This document shows positions 43,412 to 52,651 of a stretch of 64,000 nt of DNA, piece by piece (the stretch's first letter is position 1; each line of letters starts with the position of its first letter). A model generated the notes under the pieces. It was not told the origin of the DNA and ran no database searches. It worked only from the letters and a program-made list of their open reading frames with translations. Source of the DNA: Alphaproteobacteria bacterium (GTDB lineage Bacteria > Pseudomonadota > Alphaproteobacteria > MPNO01); assembly GCA_964291675.2 (NCBI GenBank), contig OZ219865.1:480001-544000 (forward strand), read 5' to 3'. A program made the translations under genes and the position numbers.

Positions 43412-44110
43412 TCACACCCCACGCACTCCCCGTCATGGCCGGACTTGATCCGGGGGCCGGGCATGACGATGGGGGGAGGCATGGTGATGGGGCGGGAAAC
43501 GCCGGGCGCGACGCGCGTCGAAGGCTAAACCGGACAGCAGTGGGGCAAGTCCACTGCTGTCCGGTTTATGTGAGCTGGACCGGGCGCAAAGCCTTGTTCC
43601 GGGCGGGATATCGGCGCGTCCGCCGGATCGGGACACGGATCGCCGCACGCCCGCACTTGCCGTCCCTGCCCCTCCGTTGTCACACCGGCCTCGTTCCGGG
43701 CACCCACGGGCGGGGCGGGCCGCACCCGGCTCCCGTACTCCTCCACCGCCACCACCACCCCGTCATGGCCGGACTTGATCCGGCCACCCATGCGCGGACT
43801 TGATCCGCGCAACCACTGGCGCCACCGCTACAACGCCCCGTCGGGAGAGGCGGCGGCGCCAGTGGATGCCCGGATCAAGTCCGGGCATGACGACGGGTGG
43901 GGGACGCCGGGGGAAGGACCCGCGGGCCGCCGTCCCCACACCCCACGCACTCCCCGTCATGCCCGGACTTGCCCCGGATCACAGTCCGGGGCTTGATCCG
44001 GGCATCCATGGGCGCCGCCACCGCTCCCGCCCCGCTGCCATGCGCGCGGAGGCCGCGTGGATGGCCGGATCGCCCCCGGACTTGATCCGGGGGCCAGCCA
44101 TGACGGGAGG
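43412..44110. repeat. Cluster of nested REP-like palindromic elements
   Basis: Multiple CGTCATG(G/C)CCGGACTTGATCCGG and inverse GGATCAAGTCCGGGCATGACG units; 18-bp perfect inverted repeat at 43526-43568. Confidence 0.85.
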
Positions 44111-44194
44111 GGGACGGCGGCCGATGACGACTTGCCCCCCTTCCCCCGCCCGATCCCGTTGCGAGCCCGCGCGGCCGGCGGCACTATGTGCGCC

Positions 44195-45022
44195 ATGAAC
44201 CGGCCGGCCGAGACCACCGTCGAGGACATCGCCCGGGCGATCGGCGACGGGGCGCTGCTCGCTTTGCCCAAGCCCGAGGCGGGGGCGGCGATGGCGGCGG
44301 TGCGCGCGCTGGTCCGCCGTGGCGCGAAGGGGCTGCGGCTCTGGTGCCTGCCGGCGTCGGGGCTGCCGGTCGATTTGCTGGTCGGCGCCGGCTGCGTCTC
44401 CTCGGTCGAGTGCAGCGGCGTCTCGCTCGGCGAGCTGGGCGCCGCGCCCCGCTTCCGCCTTGCGGCGGAGTCGGGCGCCGTCCGGGTCGTCGATTCCACC
44501 TGCCAGGCGATGTACGCCGCCGCGCAGGCGGGCGAGAAGGGGATGCCGTTCGTCGCGCTGCGCGGCATCGTCGGCTCCGACATTCTCACCCACCGCGACG
44601 ACTGGCGGGTGATGCAGAACCCGTTCGCCTCCGGCGAGGACCCGGTGGTCGTGCTGCCGGCAATTCGGCCCGACATGGCGCTGATCCACGCAAGGCTCCG
44701 CGATTCCTGCGGCAATCTCTGGGTCGGCAACGCGCGCGAGGCGATCGTGCTCGCCCATGCGGCGAGGCGCACCGTCGCCACCTTCGAGGCGCATCACGAG
44801 GGCAATCTGCTCGACGACGACCGCATGGCGGCCGGCACCATCGCGCCGGTCTATGTCGAGGCCGCGGCGCACGCGCCGCGCGGCGCCTGGCCGCTGGCGC
44901 TTCCCGGCGCGTATGCGGCCGACCGGGACTGCCTCGCCGAGTACGCCGCCGCCGCCGCGAGCGAGGACGGGTTCGCCGCCTGGCTGGCGCGCCACCTGCC
45001 GGGCGCCGGCGCGGCGGCGTGA
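44195..45022 (+). CDS. CoA-transferase alpha subunit (glutaconate CoA-transferase-like)
   Basis: DLLVGAGCV, LGELGAAPRF, GMPFVALRGIVGSD, PAIRPDMALIHA, GAWP. Confidence 0.88.
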   Translation: MNRPAETTVEDIARAIGDGALLALPKPEAGAAMAAVRALVRRGAKGLRLWCLPASGLPVDLLVGAGCVSSVECSGVSLGELGAAPRFRLAAESGAVRVVDSTCQAMYAAAQAGEKGMPFVALRGIVGSDILTHRDDWRVMQNPFASGEDPVVVLPAIRPDMALIHARLRDSCGNLWVGNAREAIVLAHAARRTVATFEAHHEGNLLDDDRMAAGTIAPVYVEAAAHAPRGAWPLALPGAYAADRDCLAEYAAAAASEDGFAAWLARHLPGAGAAA

Positions 45023-45753
45023 GCGCGCCGCCGACGCGGGACGAGTTCTTGGCCTGCGTGCTGGCGCGCGAGATCGAGGGGCTCGACAACGTCGCCGTCG
45101 GCACCGCCTCCCCGGTCGCGGCGACCGCGGCGCTGCTGGTCGAGGCCGAGAGCGGCGGGCGGACCCGGGCCAGCATTCTGGGCAGCCGGCGCCACAACCC
45201 GTTCAACGACGGCGGCAGCGAGCTGCACGACCGCGCCGCGCAGGGCCGCATCGACGCGTTCTTCCTGGGCGGCGGGCAGATCGACGGGGCGGGCAATATC
45301 AACCTCGTCGGCACCGGGCCTTATCCCGACACAAAAGTCCGGTTTCCAGGGAGTTACGGGTCGGCCTTCCTCTATTTTCTTATCCCGCGCGTGATCCTGT
45401 TCCGCGCCGAGCACAGCCGCCGGGTGCTGGTGCCGAAGGTCGACTTCGTGAGCGCGCCCGGCACCGGCCCGCCCTCCGTCCACCGCACCGGCGGCCCGCA
45501 CGCCCTGGTCACCCGGCTGTGCGCGATGGCGTTCGACCGCAAGCAAGGCGGGTTCCGCCTGCAAAGCCTGCATCCGGGGGTGCGGCTGGAGGAGGTGCGC
45601 GACGCGACGGGGTTCGCCTTCGACATCCCCGCCGAGGTGCCGGAGACGCCGCCGCCCGAGCCCGGGCGGCTCGCGCTGATCCGCGGCGCCGTGCGCGAGC
45701 GCGTGGCCGAGACCTACCCCGAGTTCGCGGCGACGCGGATCGCCGCCTTCTAG
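45019..45753 (+). CDS. CoA-transferase beta subunit
   Basis: GTGA overlap with the alpha gene; IDAFFLGGGQIDGAGNINL, FPGSYG, HPGV...V..ATGF. Confidence 0.88.
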   Translation: MSAPPTRDEFLACVLAREIEGLDNVAVGTASPVAATAALLVEAESGGRTRASILGSRRHNPFNDGGSELHDRAAQGRIDAFFLGGGQIDGAGNINLVGTGPYPDTKVRFPGSYGSAFLYFLIPRVILFRAEHSRRVLVPKVDFVSAPGTGPPSVHRTGGPHALVTRLCAMAFDRKQGGFRLQSLHPGVRLEEVRDATGFAFDIPAEVPETPPPEPGRLALIRGAVRERVAETYPEFAATRIAAF

Positions 45754-46145
45754 CCCCCGCCGACCGGCCCGGCGACGGCGGCGAGCGCCGAATCGAATGT
45801 CTTGATGTCCCCGACGCCGCGCCGGCGGCAGCTCGCGAGATGGCAGAGGTCGCGGGCGCCCAGCGTCGGAAAGCGGTCGTGCAGCCGGCGGGCGAGCGTC
45901 ACGTCTTCCCGGGTCAACGGCCAGATCTCGATTTCGCAGCTCTCGATCAGCCGGAGCGCCGCATCGAGCGTCGCCACCCTGCCGACCCGCAGATAGGCAT
46001 GCATCAGCTCCTGCACCGCCTCCGCGGAAGTGACGAGGGGGGTGCGGTCGCGGTTGCAGGCGACGAAGAAGGTCCGCGCCGGCTCGCGCAGCGGATGCGG
46101 ACGGCCGACCGCGTAGATGAAGACGTCGGTGTCGACGAAGATCAT
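45750..46145 (-). CDS. vapC: VapC (PIN-domain) toxin
   Basis: MIFVDTDVFIYA, TSAEAVQE, ARDLCHLA, TFD acidic PIN residues. Confidence 0.9.
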   Translation of the reverse strand: MIFVDTDVFIYAVGRPHPLREPARTFFVACNRDRTPLVTSAEAVQELMHAYLRVGRVATLDAALRLIESCEIEIWPLTREDVTLARRLHDRFPTLGARDLCHLASCRRRGVGDIKTFDSALAAVAGPVGGG

Positions 46146-46417
46146 GTATCGGCCGCGCCGCGGCGCCGGGATTCGTCGATCGCGGCCAGGTGCTCGTCCC
46201 AGCCCGGCTCGGTGGCCGGCCCGTCCAGCGCGTCGCATTGCCGAAAGAACGCTTCCACGTCGGCCGGCGAGCGGAACGGGCGGCCTTGTTCCCGCCTGAG
46301 CAGCCGTTCCCGGGCGGCGGCCCGGAGCCACGCGCTGAGCGACAGGCCTTCTCGCCGCGCCTGGTGGGCGTAGCGTTCCCGATCTTCGTCGGGAATGACG
46401 AGTTGAACGCGGGCCAT
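46142..46417 (-). CDS. vapB: VapB-type ribbon-helix-helix antitoxin
   Basis: RVQLVI...ARREGLSLSAWLRAAA RHH pattern; ATGA overlap with vapC. Confidence 0.82.
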   Translation of the reverse strand: MARVQLVIPDEDRERYAHQARREGLSLSAWLRAAARERLLRREQGRPFRSPADVEAFFRQCDALDGPATEPGWDEHLAAIDESRRRGAADT

Positions 46418-46440
46418 TGGATGTGCACAACGGGTATGTA

Positions 46441-46459
46441 TGTGTAAGTATCTTACACA
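46441..46459. promoter_or_regulatory. Palindromic operator upstream of vapBC
   Basis: TGTGTAAG-TAT-CTTACACA, about 24 bp before the vapB start in an AT-rich patch. Confidence 0.65.
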
Positions 46460-46593
46460 ACTTTCTCGAACGATCAATCCGCGTCGCCGCGCGCCCAACG
46501 GCCGCGTTTACACGGGCCGGCCGTTGGGCGAAAATCCGGCGGCCGCGCGGCGTTCGCCGGGCCGGTCGGATGATCAACGAGGAGACTGTCACC

Positions 46594-47619
46594 ATGGGGA
46601 CCAGACGTCTGGGAGCCTGCGCGCTCGCGCTCGCCCTCCCCGCCCTCGCCCTTCTCGCCGGCGCCGCGCCGGCGGCGGCGCAGGGCAAGCATGTGATGAA
46701 GCTCGCGATCGTGGTCGCGAACGATCCGCTGCACGAGTTCATCAGGGAGTACAAGCGCCAGATCGAGATCAAGTCGGGCGGCAAGATCGCCGCCGAGCTC
46801 TACCCGTCCGCCCAGCTCGGCAAGATTCCGCGCCTCATCGAGGGGCTCCAGCTCGGCACGGTCGAGCTGTTCGGCACCCCGGCCGGCTTCCTCAAGGGCG
46901 TCGATCCGCGCTTCCAGGTGCTCGAGGTGCCGGGCGTGTTCAACTCGAACGCGCACGCCCACAAGACGATCACCGACCCGAGGTTCCGCGACAGGTTCTT
47001 GAACGTCGCGGTCAAGAAGGGCGTCAAGGGCGTCAGCATCTGGATGTACGGCCCGACGTCGTATGCCTCGCTCACCCCGGTGCGCAAGCTCGGCGACTTC
47101 AAGGGCATGAAGTTCCGCGTGCTCGCCACCAAGGTGGAGACCGAGGTGATGGCGCGCCTCGGCGCGACCGGCGTGCCGATGCCCTATTCCGAGACCCTGC
47201 CGGCGCTGCAGCGCAAGCTGATCGACGGCATCCGTTCAAACATCACAGTCATGGCCGCCACCAAGCACTTCACCGAGGCCAAATTCATAACTGTCGTAAA
47301 TGACACGTATATCCCCTGCATCGGCTTTGTCTCGATGGCGTTCTACAACAAGCTGCCGCGCGAGCTGCAGCAGGCGGTGGAGGATGCCGGGAAGGCGGTC
47401 GAGAGCTTCATGTTCAAGACCGCGCAGGATTACGGCTCGCGCGCCGAGCAGAAATGGCGCGACGGCGGGGCCGAGGTTATCCGCCTGTCGGCGGCGGACC
47501 AGAAGAAGTTCATGCAGACCGTGGCGCCGATCGGCGACGACGTGCTGGGCCAGCGCAAGGACACCAAGGAGATGTTCGAGCTGATGAAGGCCGTCGCCAA
47601 GTCGCACGCCGGCGCCTGA
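46594..47619 (+). CDS. dctP: TRAP transporter solute-binding protein (DctP family)
   Basis: Signal peptide, LYPSAQLG, DFKGMKFRV, LGATGVPMPYSE..ALQ..IDG. Confidence 0.9.
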   Translation: MGTRRLGACALALALPALALLAGAAPAAAQGKHVMKLAIVVANDPLHEFIREYKRQIEIKSGGKIAAELYPSAQLGKIPRLIEGLQLGTVELFGTPAGFLKGVDPRFQVLEVPGVFNSNAHAHKTITDPRFRDRFLNVAVKKGVKGVSIWMYGPTSYASLTPVRKLGDFKGMKFRVLATKVETEVMARLGATGVPMPYSETLPALQRKLIDGIRSNITVMAATKHFTEAKFITVVNDTYIPCIGFVSMAFYNKLPRELQQAVEDAGKAVESFMFKTAQDYGSRAEQKWRDGGAEVIRLSAADQKKFMQTVAPIGDDVLGQRKDTKEMFELMKAVAKSHAGA

Positions 47620-47679
47620 CAGCGCAGCGCGGGGCCGCCGTCGCCGGCGGCGGCCCCGCTTCCGGGGGAGAGCGAGGCG

Positions 47680-48789
47680 ATGGCGGAGAAGGCCGACGCG
47701 GCGGTGCTCACCGCGCCGCGCAGCTTCGAGTTCCGCGACTTCGCCCTGCCCGATATCGGGCCGGACGAGGGCGTGCTCAGGGTCGAGGCGGCGGGGCTGT
47801 GCGGCACCGATTACGAGCAATATACCGGCCACCTCGCGGGCACGCCGTGGGACGTCACCCCGATCGTCCCGGGGCACGAGATCGCAGGCTGGCTCGACCG
47901 GGTGGGGCGCGAGGCCGCCCGGCGCTGGAACGCCAAAGAGGGCGACCGGGTGGTGGTCGAATCGATCATCCCCTGCGGCCACTGCTTCCAGTGCGCGATC
48001 GGCAAGACGACGCTCTGCGAGAGCAACATGGGCTACGGGCTCTACGCCTCGACCGAGCAGGCGCCCGGCCTCTGGGGCGGCTATGCGAGCCACATGTATC
48101 TCCACCCCAAGACCCAGGTGCACAAGGTCTCCGACGACATCCCGCGCGATATTCTGTCGCTGTTCAACCCGCTCGCCAACGGGGTGCGCTGGGCCTACGA
48201 GGCGCCCAACACGCGGATCGGCGAGACCGTGGTCGTCGAGGGTCCGGGCCAGCGCGGGCTGCTCTCGGTGGTCGCCGCGCGGGAGGCCGGCGCCGGCACG
48301 ATCATCGTCACCGGCACGTCCAACGACGCCCACCGGCTCGACCTCGCGCAGCGGCTCGGCGCCGACATCGCGATCGACGTGGACGCCGAGAACGCGGTCG
48401 AGCGGGTGCGCGAGGCGACCGGCGGCCGCGGCGCCGATGTCGTGGTCGAGGTCTCGGCCGGCGCCACCCAGCCGATCGTCGATGCGGTCGACATGGTCAG
48501 GCGCGGCGGGCGCATCGTGCTCGCCGGTCTCAAGAGTTTCAGGCCGGTCGGCAACCTGGTCACCGACAAGATCGTGATCAACGAGATCCAGCTCATCGGC
48601 CTCTTGTCCGCCGGCTGGGTGTCGATCGAGCGCTCGCTCGACATCCTCAGGCGGCGCGGCGAGGAGCTCCGCCCGCTGTGCTCGCACATGTTCCCGCTGG
48701 CGGACGCGGACACGGCGGTACGCGCGCTCGGCCGCGAGGTCGACGACGGCAAGGAGGTCGTCCACATCGCGCTCGACGTCGCGGGCTAG
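47680..48789 (+). CDS. Zinc-dependent medium-chain dehydrogenase
   Basis: GLCGTD, GHEIAG, CGHCFQC..C structural Zn site, GPGQRG. Confidence 0.92.
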   Translation: MAEKADAAVLTAPRSFEFRDFALPDIGPDEGVLRVEAAGLCGTDYEQYTGHLAGTPWDVTPIVPGHEIAGWLDRVGREAARRWNAKEGDRVVVESIIPCGHCFQCAIGKTTLCESNMGYGLYASTEQAPGLWGGYASHMYLHPKTQVHKVSDDIPRDILSLFNPLANGVRWAYEAPNTRIGETVVVEGPGQRGLLSVVAAREAGAGTIIVTGTSNDAHRLDLAQRLGADIAIDVDAENAVERVREATGGRGADVVVEVSAGATQPIVDAVDMVRRGGRIVLAGLKSFRPVGNLVTDKIVINEIQLIGLLSAGWVSIERSLDILRRRGEELRPLCSHMFPLADADTAVRALGREVDDGKEVVHIALDVAG

Positions 48790-48959
48790 AGCATTATCCG
48801 ATCTAATTGAATCTCTAGTATGTTCAACGGATTAGACCTCCCTCGACCGCTGCGGACGCGTCTCTGGCAGGTTTGGCGGCTGACGCGTTGCCCGTGTCAG
48901 CCAAGTTTGGCCACCATTCGGAACAGGCTGCGATCCAACTTGATCGGATAGTGCTCTAG
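48786..48959. mobile_element. 174-bp MITE with CTAG-ended inverted repeats
   Basis: CTAGAGCATTATCCGATC / GATCGGATAGTGCTCTAG (17/18 match); overlaps the TAG stop of the dehydrogenase. Confidence 0.8.
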
Positions 48960-49800
48960 ACTTTTTCCGATCGTTTGTAGTCGTAACCTGCCGCAGCGAA
49001 GTAGTTTCGGCACTCGCCGGGGGTGTAGCTGTCGATGGCTTGGGCGATGGCCTCGTCGATTGGGGAGACGGTGCGGGCGGCGCGGCGCTTGAGAAAGGCC
49101 TTGAACTTGGAGTAGGCCATCTCGATCGGGTCGCGGTCGGGCGGGCCGGGCGGCAGGAGGCGGAGTTCGGCACCGGTGCTCTGGATGGCCTGGCGCACGG
49201 CGGCGCCGCGGTGGGCGGAGAGGTTGTCCACGGCCACGATGTCGCCGGGCTTGAGCGCGGGCGCCAGCACTTGCTCGACACAGGCCCGGAAGGCGGCCCC
49301 GTGCATGGCGCCGTCGAGCGTCATCGGGGCGGTCATGCCGCTGCGCCGCAAGGCGCCGACGAAGGCGGTGGTTTTCCAGTGCCCGTGCGGCACCGGGGCG
49401 CGGCAGCGCTGGCCGCGTCGCCTGGACATCTCGGTGGATGCCCCGTTCGGCGGCTTACGCGGCCTTCGGCCACGGTCCGCCTCACCATCGACGAAGACCA
49501 GCCTGTCGGGGTCGAGGTCGGGCTGGGCCTCGAACCAGGCCTGCCGGCGGCGCATCACGTCCGGGCGTTGCCGCTCGCCGGCATGCGCGGTTTTCTTCAA
49601 CGTGATGCCGCGGCGGTGGAAGAGGCGCCACACCGTGCTCTGCGAGACCCGCAGCCCGTGCGCGTCCTCCAGATGCGCCGCGACCTCCGCCAGCGTCAAG
49701 TCCGGCGTCTCCCGACCAGCGCGAGGAGCACCGCCGCATGCGCCTCGATCCGCCCCGAGCGCCGGTCGCCACCCTGTCGCCCGGGCGGCCGGCTGCGCGG
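48956..49800 (-). pseudogene. Degenerate IS630-family transposase
   Basis: TLKKTAHA.E..RPDV, LVFVD, PHGHWKT, VDNLSAH, PIE; N-terminus frameshifted and PYSPD motif eroded to PGPPD. Confidence 0.85.
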
Positions 49801-49887
49801 AGCCGCGTCGCCCCGCGCGCGGGGCCCTCTCGTGGACTACGGGGACAAGCTACCGCCGCGCCACTGGTAGATTTTTGCTCCGCCGCC

Positions 49888-50060
49888 TGGCGTGGACCCC
49901 TGGGGCCGGACAGTTTCATGGCGCAGCCTTGACCGGCCTGCGGGACTGTCCCGCCTCGAAACGGTTGGGGCTCAGGTAACGGAGAGCCGAGTGCAGGCGT
50001 CTCTCGTCGTCGCTGTCGATGAAGCGGGGCGGGTGTGAGGATCGCCGGAGGAGGCGCCGC
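49888..50060 (-). mobile_element. IS3-family right-end remnant
   Basis: RRLHSALRYLSPNRFE integrase C-terminal motif followed by an end-like ...GGGGTCCACGCCA. Confidence 0.65.
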
Positions 50061-50328
50061 GCACTCGATCGAGAGGGTCCGAATCGGTATTGATCGACTT
50101 TTCGGCCACGATTGTGCAGAACAGATGGCAGATCCGGTTCGGGCGTCCTCCGCTGTCGGGCAGGCCTGCGGGTCCACCACACGGCCGCACGGAGAGGCGA
50201 TGTTCCCATGAGCAACGGCACGCACGACGGAGCTGCACCGGGGACGCCAGTGTCCGCCCCGCCCGAGCCGTTCCAGCGGCTGAAGAGCCTCTTGCGGGAG
50301 ATGTTCCAGCTCGACCGCGGCGATCTCG

Positions 50329-51778
50329 GGTCGTGTCCCCAGACGTGGTGTAGGAGCTCTGGCCTTGGTTTGTAGCTGTGGGTAAGCAGCGCGCCGCCGC
50401 GACCGCCGCGAGTCTGGCGGCGGCGGGCTGCTTATCCACAGCGGAGGCCATCGCGGTTCCGGTTTAGGGTTGGGTCGTGCAACGCCAACCCGAACCTGAG
50501 GAGGAACCGCGATGACCGACGACATGATGGCCCTGCGCGGGCTTTTGGAGAAGAGTTCCGACGCCGATCTGCTGCGCGAGATGATCGGCTTCTCGGCCGA
50601 GCGTCTGATGGCGCTGGAGGTGGAAGGGCTGACCGGCGCCGCCCATGGCGAGCGCACGCCGGAGCGGATCACGCAGCGCAACGGCTACCGCGAGCGGGCC
50701 TGGGAGACCCGCGCCGGCACGGTGGCGCTGAGGATCCCGAAGCTCAGGACGGGGAGCTACTTCCCCGGCTTCCTGGAACCGCGCCGGATGGCGGAGAAGG
50801 CACTCACGGCGGTGATCCAGGAGGCCTACATCCAGGGCGTGTCGACGCGCTCGGTCGACGACCTGGTGCAGGCGATGGGCATGTCGGGCATCTCCAAGAG
50901 CCAGGTGTCCAGGCTGTGCGCCGAGATCGACGACAAGATCGAGAGCTTCCTCGACCGGCCGCTGGAGGGCGAGTGGCCCTATCTGTGGCTGGATGCGACC
51001 TATATCAAGATGCGCGAGATCGGGCGCATCGTCCCGGTCGCGGTGACCGTCGCGGTGGCGGTCAACGACCAGGGCCGGCGCGAGGTGCTCGGCATGGCGA
51101 TCGGCCACTCCGAGGCCGAGACCTTCTGGACCGCCTTCCTGCGCGCGCTGACCGGCCGCGGGCTCAAGGGCGTCAAGCTGGTGATCTCCGACGACCACAA
51201 GGGGTTGAAGGCCGCCGCGACCCGCATCCTCGGCGCCACCTGGCAGCGCTGCCGCATCCACTTCATGCGCAACCTGCTGGCCCATGCCGGCCGTCAGGGA
51301 AGGCGCGTCGTGTCTGCCTTCGTCGCCACCGCCTTCGCCCAGGACGACGCCCAGGCCGCGAGCGCCCAGTGGCGCCTGGTCGCCGACCAGCTCAGGCCCA
51401 AGGCGCCCAAGCTCGCCACCCTCATGGACGACGCCGAGCACGACGTCCTCGCCTACATGACCTTCCCCAGGGAGCACCGAACCAAGCTCCACTCGACCAA
51501 CCCCATCGAGCGGGTCCATGCCGAGATCAAGCGCCGAACCAACGTCGTCGGCATCTTCCCCAACGAAGACGCCGTCACCCGCCTGGTCGGCGCCATCCTG
51601 CTCGAGCAGAACGACGAGTGGGCCGTCGCAAGGAGATACATGACACTGGAATCCATCGCTCAGACCAGCGACAATCTCACCGTCAAGCCGCCCGCCGTGG
51701 CAGCCTGACCCTACCGGCCCAACACGCCGGATACCGCGATCGGCGCCGGGCTCTTACACCACGTGGCGGGACACGATC
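50329..51778 (+). mobile_element. IS256-family insertion sequence (1450 bp)
   Basis: 24-bp imperfect IRs (20/24) GGTCGTGTCCCCAGACGTGGTGTA / GATCGTGTCCCGCCACGTGGTGTA; 8-bp target duplication CGATCTCG at 50321-50328 and 51779-51786. Confidence 0.96.
50512..51708 (+). CDS. IS256-family DDE transposase
   Basis: [40 protein letters not shown]. Confidence 0.96.
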   Translation: MTDDMMALRGLLEKSSDADLLREMIGFSAERLMALEVEGLTGAAHGERTPERITQRNGYRERAWETRAGTVALRIPKLRTGSYFPGFLEPRRMAEKALTAVIQEAYIQGVSTRSVDDLVQAMGMSGISKSQVSRLCAEIDDKIESFLDRPLEGEWPYLWLDATYIKMREIGRIVPVAVTVAVAVNDQGRREVLGMAIGHSEAETFWTAFLRALTGRGLKGVKLVISDDHKGLKAAATRILGATWQRCRIHFMRNLLAHAGRQGRRVVSAFVATAFAQDDAQAASAQWRLVADQLRPKAPKLATLMDDAEHDVLAYMTFPREHRTKLHSTNPIERVHAEIKRRTNVVGIFPNEDAVTRLVGAILLEQNDEWAVARRYMTLESIAQTSDNLTVKPPAVAA

Positions 51779-52619
51779 CGATCTCGATTTCGGCCTCTAC
51801 CGGATCATGGCCATGAAGGCGGGCGAGATCGAGGCGTTTCTCGATCGCGACCTGCTGCCCCAGGTGAAGGAGGTCCTGGCGGGAGTCGCGGACGAGGATC
51901 GGATCGCGCTGGAAGAAGCGCTCGCGGAAGCGCGGCAGCGGGCGCGGCAGTTGGGAGTCGACCCCGAGGAGACACCGAAGGTCCGGAAGCTTCGAGCCAA
52001 ATTGGCGGCGCCGAAGGCCGACGCGGACGCCGAGGCCGCCGTCTACGGCCATCTCGCCACCTTCTTCGCCCGCTACTACCGCGAGGGCGACTTCATGTCG
52101 CTGCGGCGCTATGCGGGCGGCGGGCGGACGACCTATCTGATCCCCTACGACGGCGAGGAAGTGAAGCTGCACTGGGCCAACGCCGACCAGTACTACATCA
52201 AGACGACCGAGAGCTACGCTTCCTACGCCTTCGCCGCCGGCGAGGGCGAGGCCGCGCGGCGCGTCCGATTGGAGATCGCGGCCGCCGACAACGAGAAGGA
52301 CAACGTCAAGGCGGCCGAAGGCAAGCAGCGCCGCTTCGTGCTCGCGCAAGGCGGCGACGCCATCGCCCACGACGGTGCCGATCTGGTCGTCCGCTTCGAG
52401 CACAGGCCGCTCACGGACGCCGAGAAGAAGACGTGGCCCGGCAACGGCGCGCGGCAGCAGGAACGGATCGACGAGGCGTCTGCGGCGCGGGTGCTCGGTA
52501 CGCTCGATGGGGACTGGCGGGCGCTGCTGGCCGCACCGGCGCCGACCGAGACCGATCCCGAACGCACGCTGCTGGCAAAGCACATCGCGCGCTACACGGC
52601 GAAGAACAGCTTCGACTAC

Positions 52620-52651
<32 letters not shown>

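Noticed and set aside
43412-44110. Possible CRISPR array
   Set aside because: Repeats are inverted, nested and irregularly spaced, with no cas genes; fits REP elements
49448-49485. Small hairpin inserted in frame in the IS630 transposase
   Set aside because: Lies in an already degenerate pseudogene; most likely a small repeat insertion without function
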